Shown here: in pieces, positions 20,374 through 28,281 of the stretch | Numbering within the stretch: position 1 is the first letter of the stretch | How the letters are laid out: each line of letters begins with the position of its first letter | Assembly: GCA_030740155.1 (NCBI GenBank) | Contig: JASLXV010000038.1 | Location: forward strand, 1-64,000 | Reading direction: 5' to 3' | Source of the DNA: Dehalococcoidia bacterium | GTDB taxonomy: Bacteria > Chloroflexota > Dehalococcoidia > Lucifugimonadales > UBA3495 | DNA length: 64,000 nt | Position numbers and translations under genes: made by a program | The notes under the pieces: model-generated | What the model was told of the DNA's origin: nothing | Database searches by the model: none | The model's input: the letters and a program-made list of their open reading frames with translations, nothing else

Positions 20374-22038
20374 ATGGCAGCAGATTTGGAAATTCTGGAC
20401 CCGGTGGCGCAGCTAGCCTCGGATCTTGGCGTGCCCCCGCCCGTACCGGACCGGCCGAAGTCTCTGCAAGGGCTCCGCTTGGGCCTGTACTGGAACCGTA
20501 AACCGGGGGGCAATTACGCCCTGGAGCGGGTGGCGGAGCGGCTCAAGGAGCGGTTCCCCGGCATGGAGACCCATTTCTACAACGCCCGGAGGCCCATCCC
20601 CGAGGATATGATCCGCGACATCGGCGCCGAGTGTGACGTGGTGGTCGGCGCCTCCGCCGATTGAGGGTCCTGCACGTCGTACCTTGCGCACGACATGGCT
20701 GAACTGGAGAAGACCGGACTTCCCACCGTGTCCATCGCCGCCCGAGGCTTCGAGGCAGATTTTCAAACCTCGGCCCGGGTGTTTGGAGTCCCCCAGCTTC
20801 CTTTCATCGTTATCCCCTACACGCTGACCAGCCGCAGCCGCGAGGAGACGGAAGGGGACCTGGATGCGGTTTTCGACGGCATTGCAACCGCGCTGGTCAC
20901 CGACCCGCCCAAGCCGCCCCCGGCAAGAAAGGCCAACGTTCTGCCCGCCGACCTGGAGCAGTTCGCCGGTATCGACCGCCTGGAGGGCTGGGAGAAGTTC
21001 AACCGGGATTTCATGGACCGGGGCCTGGGCGACGGGTTTCCCCTCGTCGCTCCCACGCCGCAACTTGTGGAGGCCTTCCTGAAGAACGTCACCCAAGACC
21101 CGCTTGAGGTCGTGGGTTATCTGGCGCCCGGTGAAGGCGCCGCTACCGTGGAGAAGGTGGCCATCAACGCGGCGATGGCCGGCTGCGAGCCGGAGCACCT
21201 TCCCGTTCTGATCGCCGCGGTGGAGGCCGTCACCCAGACGCCCCAGAACATCTTCCCGACCCGCACCATCGCCATGTCCACGGGTCCCCACGCCATGATG
21301 ATGCTGGTCAACGGGCCTGTCGTCCAACAGCTGGGCATCAACAGCGGCCGCTGCACCCTGGGTCCGGGCAAGCCCGGCCGGGTCAACACCGCGCTGGGGA
21401 GGGCCCTGCGTCTCATCCTGATGAACGTGGGGCATTGTTACGCGGGCAGCGGAGACATGGATACCATCGGCAGCCCGCTGAAGTACAGCATGTGCCTGGC
21501 GGAGAACGAGGGAGAGAGCCCCTGGGAGCCTTTCCACGTGGAGCGAGGCTTTCAGAAGGAACAGAGCACCGTTACCGTGTTCGGTACCCTGGATATCCTC
21601 CACAACGCCAACTACCAGCGCGATACCAGCCAGCTCCTTCTGGCCTGGGCGGCGCGGGCCTCCGCGGCCGGCGCCTACCCGCCGGTAATTCCCAGCCGGG
21701 TCGAGCGGGACGAGAACCACCTGACGATGCTGATGTGCCCGGACCATGCCCGGAACCTGGCCCAGGACGGCCACAGCAAGGCGTCAATCCGGGAGTATAT
21801 CGCAGAGAACTCCAAGAGTCCGATCAAGTACGTGCTGGCCACCGGCCGGACCTCTCTGGACTCGTTACCCAATGACCATCGGTGGATCCTGAACCTTGAC
21901 CCGGAAACCCTGGTATCGACCTACCCGCAACCCCACCTTGTCCACCTCCTGGTGGTGGGTGGACCCACCGGGAAGAGCGATATGGTCCGCAATATCGGAG
22001 CGCCCACCGACACCAGGGAGATCTGCAACATAGCCTGA
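20374..22038 (+). CDS. UGSC-family selenoprotein fusion, paralog 2 (554 aa, Sec at residue 97)
   Basis: ATG 20374 after AAGGAG. In-frame TGA 20662-20664 gives ASAD-U-GSCTSYLAHDM and continues into ORF 20695..22038. Same length and Sec position as paralog 1. Confidence 0.88.
20676..20694 (+). promoter_or_regulatory. Candidate bacterial SECIS hairpin
   Basis: GTCGT-ACCTTGCGC-ACGAC starts 11 nt after the UGA. Confidence 0.55.
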
Positions 22039-22365
22039 CCTCGGCGGTTCGAACCCAAGCCACCCGCCGGCGGCGAACGGCGTGGAAGGGCGATCCGGCA
22101 GGCAAACCGTTGTGGTGCGCCATCATCATTCGTGATGATAGCCGGCACTTGGTATCACTGTCGCGCGCCTGCCGGGCGGGTGCCGGCGCTTGCCTGACGG
22201 TGGCGCATCGACTATGATAGCAGGGGTCTGGCCGTGCCGGTATCCGTGGCTGTGAGTGCGGCCATTGGCTTGAGGACGGACAACGATTAGAGAGGATTTG
22301 GCGCGGCTCCCTCACCCTGCCGGTCCGGATGCGTACTAGCGATTAGGGTGGACAGGAGGAACACC

Positions 22366-23475
22366 ATGGCATTGAAGAACTGGAGTTCCGAGCTAATTGA
22401 CGCTGACGACCTGTCCGCCGCCATGGACATCTTCTGGGAAAAAGGCTGGACCGACGGGCTGCCGGTGGTGCCGCCCACGGAGCAGCGGGTGGCGGAGTTC
22501 TTGGACTACGTGGGAATGGAGCCCGATGAGGTGGTGTGCCGCATCGCGGACCGAAACCGGGTCATCACCGCCGAGAAGGTCGCGATCAACTCCGTCATGG
22601 CCGGGTGCCTGCCCGAATACTTTCCGGTGGTGCTCGCCGCGGTCGAATGCCTGGGGACCGACGAGTTCAAGATCAACCACATCGCCAGCACCGGCAGCTT
22701 GTGGATAATGATGGTGGTCAACGGCCCCATCGTGAAACAGATCGGTCTGAATTCTGGAATGTACTGTTTTGGCGCCGGGACCAGGGCCAACACCACTATT
22801 TCCAGAGCCGTAAGCCTGCTGCTGGCCAACTGCGCCGAGGCCAAGATGGGCGGAATTCAGCGGGGAGAGTGGGGGTATTCCGGGAGGTTCAACTGCTGTG
22901 TGGGTGAGAACGAGGATGTGGGGTGGGGACCGACCATGGCCGAGATGCAGGGATTTGACTCGTCGACGAGTACCGTGACGATCAAGGAAGTGGTGGAGGG
23001 GCGCACTCAGATAAGGTGCAACTTCACCACCGCCGACGGGCTGCTGAAGACCATGGCGGGCTTTTGGCCCCACGTGGGGGGCAAGGACCTCCTCTTCCTT
23101 CCTCCCCAATATGTAGATGTATTCAAGAAGGCCGGGGTGAGCCGCGAGGACGTCCGCCACTACCTCCGGGAGAACATCTGCCATTCGGTAGCGGAACTCA
23201 AGCGCCGCGGAGCTTACCACGACCTGGACAGCGGGGAGCTTAGCGGTGTCATGCCTGAGGTGAAGCCGGGAGACGAGAACAAACTAGTGTACCCGTTCAG
23301 CGGGAAGGGCAAGGACGCCCAACAGCTCGGCGGTCTGGGGCCCCAGGAGGCGGTGAGTGTACGCCAGCCGGACATCATCCCAATCGTGGCAGGCGGCGAC
23401 GCTGGCCTGATGGTGTACGTGGTGCCGGGCACCGATGATTGGCCGTTCATCACCAGGGAGATAAGGACACGGTAA
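22366..23475 (+). CDS. Uncharacterised protein, stand-alone large UGSC-associated domain
   Basis: GWTDGLPVVPPT, EKVAINSVMAGCLPE, NGPIVKQIGLNSG, RANTTISRA, CVGENED. AGGAGG RBS. Confidence 0.85.
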   Translation: MALKNWSSELIDADDLSAAMDIFWEKGWTDGLPVVPPTEQRVAEFLDYVGMEPDEVVCRIADRNRVITAEKVAINSVMAGCLPEYFPVVLAAVECLGTDEFKINHIASTGSLWIMMVVNGPIVKQIGLNSGMYCFGAGTRANTTISRAVSLLLANCAEAKMGGIQRGEWGYSGRFNCCVGENEDVGWGPTMAEMQGFDSSTSTVTIKEVVEGRTQIRCNFTTADGLLKTMAGFWPHVGGKDLLFLPPQYVDVFKKAGVSREDVRHYLRENICHSVAELKRRGAYHDLDSGELSGVMPEVKPGDENKLVYPFSGKGKDAQQLGGLGPQEAVSVRQPDIIPIVAGGDAGLMVYVVPGTDDWPFITREIRTR

Positions 23476-23615
23476 GCGCCCCGGTCGTTGGACTGGGGCG
23501 TTGTACGTGCGTGTTGTACGTGCGTGTTGGAAAGACAGCGAGACCCGGGCCAGCGCGGGTCCGTTTTGGGCACCGGCAGATTCGAGCCAGAATCTTTAAG
23601 CTGAAGGAGGGTGTG

Positions 23616-24152
23616 ATGGGAGTGCGATTTCTGAACCCGAGCTTGGAAGGCGACATGGGGTTTCAGGAGGCTGCCAGAGTAGCGACCCTCAACGGGAAGG
23701 TCCTTGGCATCTTGTACAACGGCCGGGCCGGGGGAGAGGTAGTGCTCAAGGAACTGTTGAACATGCTGGAAGCGAAGTACAGCCTCGAAGGGGTTGTATT
23801 CCGGACCAAACCCCACGCCTGGGTCTCCGCTCCGGAAGAGATATTCGAGGAAATGGCCAAGTCTGTGGGGGTCGCAATCACCGGGGTGGGTGATTGAGGG
23901 TCCTGCACGTCGGGCAGTGTGCTCGACGCGATTACTCTTGAGCGGCGCGGGGTTCCCAGCGCGGTCGTCGCCACCGAGAAGCTGGCCAGGACCACCGGCC
24001 GGGCAATGGCCCGAGCGCAGAGGGCGCCGGACTTCCCCATCGCCACCGTCGAGTTCCATACCGGGCTGATGACCAACCTGGACTCCATGGACGATGCGAT
24101 ACGAATGGCCAAGGAGGCCTTCCCGCAGGTAGAGAAAATCCTGGTAGAGTAA
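23616..24152 (+). CDS. Stand-alone UGSC-family selenoprotein (178 aa, Sec at residue 94)
   Basis: ATG 23616 after AAGGAGG. In-frame TGA 23895-23897 gives GVGD-U-GSCTSGSVLDAITLERRGVP and joins ORF 23919..24152. Confidence 0.88.
23908..23928 (+). promoter_or_regulatory. Candidate bacterial SECIS hairpin
   Basis: CGTCGGGCA-GTG-TGCTCGACG, a 9-bp stem with one G-U pair and a G-containing loop, 10 nt after the UGA. Confidence 0.6.
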
Positions 24153-24357
24153 TCGGTTGACGCCGGCACTATTTCGCATGCCGGGCCGGCGCCGATCTTG
24201 GAAGGTTGCGGCAGCGGGAACGTGATGCCCCGGTGACGCTGGTCCGAGCGGGCCACCGTAGCGGCCTGCCCGGCCCGCTTCTGGCGTCGCGGACGGCGCG
24301 TCCCAGGGTACGGTACCGCCCCAGACCACTTTAGAAAACTGAAAGGAGTTTCCGAGC

Positions 24358-25371
24358 ATGGCCACTCGCGTAGCAGCTATTGGCGTCAACCATTGGCACT
24401 CGCTGTATGACGCCTCCTACCTTGTCCACCTGTCCAAGATGGACGATATTCAGATCGTCGCTCTCCAAGACGATGATCAGGGGATCGTGGACCACCGGGT
24501 GAAGGAGCTTGGCGGCAACATCGCTACCTACACCGACTACCGGAAGATGGTGTCCGAGGTCAAACCCGATTATGTATTGGCTCTGGGCCGTCACGATATG
24601 ATGGCCGAGGTGGCGCTCTTTCTGCTGGATAGCCGCATCCCGTTCACCATGGAAAAACCAATGAGCCACAGCGCGCGGCAGTTACGTGGCGTGTTGGAGA
24701 AGGTGGAGGCGGCCAACGGATTCGCATCGGTGCCGCTGAACTTCCGGTACCAGCCCTTTCTCGGGAAAGCCAAGGAGTTGATCACGGCGGACACCTACGG
24801 CCCGTTGACCCACTTCTACATGCGGATCAACCGGCCGAGTTCGTCACGGTATTCTCCCTGGGGTGCGCCGTGGATGCTCGACCCGAAGATCGCCAACGGC
24901 GGGTGCCTGCGCAACCTCGGCGCCCACGGCCTGGACGCCTTCGCGAATCTCACCGGTGAAGGCGAGGACATTGAAGTCACCGGCGCTCAACTCAGTTGGG
25001 CCGGCCGGGCGATGAAGATAGAAGACTACGCGTCGGTCTTGATCCGGTCCAAGAGCGGTGTGCTGGGTACTATCGAGGCCGGAAACGGGTATCCCAGGGA
25101 CGGGACCGATGGCGAGTGGAAAGCGGCTTTCCGGGATGCCATCCTCACCTTCAAAGATAACGTGCTCAAGCTGAACACCGGCGACGGAGAAGAGATTTTG
25201 CCGTCGGAGATGGCCGATGCTCCGGCAGCCCTCGCGTTGCGCGATGCCATCAGCTGCGCGGCAGCGGGCCGGCCGGCGCCCATCAGCATGCGCGACTGCT
25301 ACTATGCCGTGCGCCTCATCGATATGGGCTACATCGCGGCCGGCAACCCCTACGGAACGGCGGCAGTCTAG
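24358..25371 (+). CDS. Gfo/Idh/MocA family oxidoreductase
   Basis: N-terminal Rossmann fold, MEKPM, GGCLRNLGAHGLD, EDYA. Confidence 0.88.
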   Translation: MATRVAAIGVNHWHSLYDASYLVHLSKMDDIQIVALQDDDQGIVDHRVKELGGNIATYTDYRKMVSEVKPDYVLALGRHDMMAEVALFLLDSRIPFTMEKPMSHSARQLRGVLEKVEAANGFASVPLNFRYQPFLGKAKELITADTYGPLTHFYMRINRPSSSRYSPWGAPWMLDPKIANGGCLRNLGAHGLDAFANLTGEGEDIEVTGAQLSWAGRAMKIEDYASVLIRSKSGVLGTIEAGNGYPRDGTDGEWKAAFRDAILTFKDNVLKLNTGDGEEILPSEMADAPAALALRDAISCAAAGRPAPISMRDCYYAVRLIDMGYIAAGNPYGTAAV

Positions 25372-25424
25372 CGCGCACCTTCCGCCGCCCGTAAAATTAC
25401 GCTTTCGAAGCAGGAGGTCAATTC

Positions 25425-26798
25425 ATGTCAACTAGAGAGACAATCCGCGAACCGGCGAAAGATATTCCAGTTTTTCGCCGTTGCAACGTTTTGGTGGTCG
25501 GAGGCGGCCCCGCCGGCAGCGCCGCTGCGGTTTCCGCGGCAAAACTGGGCGCCGACACCATCCTGGTCGAGCGATACGGCCACTTAGGTGGAATGTCCAC
25601 CGGGGGCTTTGTCAGCTACATCGTGCCGATGACCGACTGGACCGGCCGCCAGGTAATTGCCGGCTTCGCCAACGAGATCTTCGACCGGCTGCCAAAGAGC
25701 GCGGTGGTTGGGCCGCCCGATGAGCTATGGGGTTCAAGAGACCCGGATTTAGTCCGGTACTGGGGCGACCGCCACAACGCCAAACACGGCATAATCACCT
25801 GGTCGCCCACCGTGGACCCCGAGATGCTCAAGATCGTGTCCAACGACATGGTACTGGAGCAGGGCGTAAAGCTGCTGCTTCACTCCTGGGCAGTGGCCCC
25901 GATTCAGGAGGGGAACGACATCAAGGGAATCGTCTTCGAGAGCAAGTCGGGACGCCAGGCCATCCTCGCCGATGTGGTGGTTGACGCCACGGGCGACGGC
26001 GATATCTTTCACATGGCCGGCTCTCCCTGGGAGTCGGATATTCAGGACGACGACATCCATCATACGATCAACGTGGCGTTCCACTTGGGCGGAGTCGACA
26101 TGGAGAAATTCTATGCGTTCCGCGGCGATCAGCCGGAAGAATTCCGGTCGATGATGGCCAAGATGAAGGCGGCCGGTATTGCCGCCGACGCCACGCCCCA
26201 CGCGTTGCCGCGCAACGACACGGTCCTGTTCATGGGGCCAAGACTGAAGGGGTACAGCGCCATCGACGTGGAAGACCTGACTCAGGTAGAGATCCAGTCA
26301 CGCAAGGACATGTTGCAGGTGCTGGAGTTCTACAGGGGTAACGCACCCGGCTTCGATGGTGCTTGGCTCATGGTCTCAGCGCCACAGATGGGCACCCGGC
26401 ACAGCCGCAGGCTGACGGGCATGAAGACAGTAACCCGGGAAATGTGGACCAGTGGTACCCTGCACGAGGACGAGATCGCCATCTCGCCGCCGCCCAATAC
26501 CCGCAACCCCAATGTGTCCATTCCTCTGGGGTGTCTGATCCCTCCGAGCTTGAACAACATCCTGGCCGCCGGTAGGAACCTCTCCTGCGACCCCACGACG
26601 CACACCTTCCTGCGGCTGGTTCCCCAGTGCTGGACCATGGGTCAAGCCGCCGGCGTGGCCGCGGCGGTAGCCGTGAATTCAGGCGTGCCGGTGCGCGACG
26701 TTGATGTGAAGCAGGTGAAGGGGGAGCTGGTAAAGCAGGGCGTGGTCTTGCACGGTGAGGCGGGAGGCCCGAAGAGCCCAAACCAGCCCCTGGAATAG
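25425..26798 (+). CDS. FAD-dependent oxidoreductase
   Basis: VLVVGGGPAG.AAA..AA, ERYGHLGGMST.G, VDATGDGD, IPLGCLIP....NILAAGR.LS. Confidence 0.9.
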   Translation: MSTRETIREPAKDIPVFRRCNVLVVGGGPAGSAAAVSAAKLGADTILVERYGHLGGMSTGGFVSYIVPMTDWTGRQVIAGFANEIFDRLPKSAVVGPPDELWGSRDPDLVRYWGDRHNAKHGIITWSPTVDPEMLKIVSNDMVLEQGVKLLLHSWAVAPIQEGNDIKGIVFESKSGRQAILADVVVDATGDGDIFHMAGSPWESDIQDDDIHHTINVAFHLGGVDMEKFYAFRGDQPEEFRSMMAKMKAAGIAADATPHALPRNDTVLFMGPRLKGYSAIDVEDLTQVEIQSRKDMLQVLEFYRGNAPGFDGAWLMVSAPQMGTRHSRRLTGMKTVTREMWTSGTLHEDEIAISPPPNTRNPNVSIPLGCLIPPSLNNILAAGRNLSCDPTTHTFLRLVPQCWTMGQAAGVAAAVAVNSGVPVRDVDVKQVKGELVKQGVVLHGEAGGPKSPNQPLE

Positions 26799-26860
26799 CA
26801 GCCCTGTCCGGGAAGCACGAGACAGCGCACCCCGGTAGAACACGGGGACTCGAGTTCCAG

Positions 26861-27401
26861 ACGTAGGGGCACAGCATGCTGTGCCCCTACCCTGTGTAAT
26901 TAACCAAGGTCCGGATGCCCTACCCTTAGCGGTGCCTTTACATCGAAATACAGCTCACGATCAAGATTGGTGGACGGTTTGAGGAGCCTGCGTGGCTGGA
27001 ACGAGAACTGACCCGCAATGGGTCCGGTACCAGCGGAATTCAATTAAACCGATGGGCGCTACCGAGCATCTCATCGAGACGGGGGTCCTGTCCCTGATCG
27101 TGCCCCTACCCTGCCCGCCCCGGACCATGACACGGGGGTCCTGTCCCTGATCGTGCTCCTACACCCGCCTGCCCTGGACCATGACACGTAGGGGCACAGC
27201 GTGCTGTGCCCCTACACCTGTGTAATTAACCAAGGTCCGGATGCCCTACCCCTGGCGGTGCCTTTACGTCGAAATGCAGCTCACGATCAAGTTGGGTGGA
27301 CGGTTTGAAGGGCCTGCGTGGCTGGAACGGGAACTGGCCCGCGATGGGTCCGGTACCACCGGAATTCAATTAAATCGATGGGCGCTACCGAGCATCTCAT
27401 C
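26861..27401. repeat. Composite repeat: two diverged copies of a ~215-bp unit (26861-27075, 27186-27401), each headed by a GTAG-type REP, with two degenerate REP-like units between them
   Basis: GTAGGGGCACAGC(A/G)TGCTGTGCCCCTAC followed by the shared TGTGTAATTAACCAAGGTCCGG...GCTACCGAGCATCTCATC. GGGGGTCCTGTCCCTGATCGTGC(C/T)CCTAC occurs twice between the copies. Confidence 0.85.
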
Positions 27402-27539
27402 TTATGAAGACGCAACACAGAGGGGCGTTAACCGGGACCGGGTGCCCGGCGCCAGAACCTTCTGGCTGTCCGGAAGCCCGGCCCGCTCTCCCGTTGGCAG
27501 AGCTGAAACCACGGGAATTTCAACAATAGAGGGGAAACC

Positions 27540-28173
27540 ATGGCGAAAGAGGCGGCAAACGGAGACATGGCGGCGCCGGCAAAAGAGGCCGGCGGTAAGC
27601 CGCGAAGGAACCTCCTGTGGTTCGGCGCCATTGCCGGAACAATCCTGGTGGGGTGTGCTGCTGGCCGTTGCCCTGCTGAGCGGTGACGGAAGCTCGGCGC
27701 CCGGCGTCGGCTCGACGGCGGATACGGCCCCCGACTTCTCCTTCACGTTGTATCAGGGCCAGGGCCAATTGGGCGCCGATGCTCTGAATCTCTCGGATCT
27801 CCAGGGCACGCCGGTGGTCGTTAATTTCTGGGCCGGCCTGTGCCCGCCGTGCCGGGCTGAGATGCCCGACTTGCAGGAATTTCACGAAGCCTTCAAGGAT
27901 CGGGTAATCCTGGTCGGCGTTGATCTTGGACAGTTCACCGGCTTGGGCAGCAAGCAGGACGCCCAGGACCTCTTGACCTCTCTGGAAGTTACCTATCCTG
28001 CCGGTTTCACCAACGACGCCGGCGTGGTCTCCCGCTATCAGGTGCTGTCGATGCCCACCACCCTTTTCATCAACTCCAAGGGGGAGATATTCAAGAAGTG
28101 GAGCGGCGCATTGAACGGGGACGTGCTGGCAAAGGTTACCGAAGAGATGCTGAGCGAGGAGTCCGCGGGGTAG
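27540..28173 (+). CDS. Membrane-anchored TlpA/ResA-family thiol-disulfide oxidoreductase, with an apparent +1 frameshift in the G-run at 27650-27653
   Basis: VVVNFWAGLCPPCRAEMP and MPTT.FI. The ATG at 27540 (GAGGGG RBS) reads MAKEAANG...LLWFGAIAGTILVG and joins VLLAVALL if one G is removed. Confidence 0.8.
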
Positions 28174-28281
28174 ACCCGGGTAATGGCTTGCCCTCGCCTC
28201 CTCGCCCGGGAGACCGGGCGTGAAGTGCCACCATCTCTCCACACATGAATCATCCCGCGAATCATCCAAGGAGGATACCCG

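Noticed and set aside
18620..23897. Genome-wide UGA reassignment (Trp or Gly code) or nonsense pseudogenes
   Set aside because: TGA ends ordinary genes at expected positions (for example mtnP at 43623-43625) and Trp uses TGG. The three internal TGAs fall at the same motif position before GSC.
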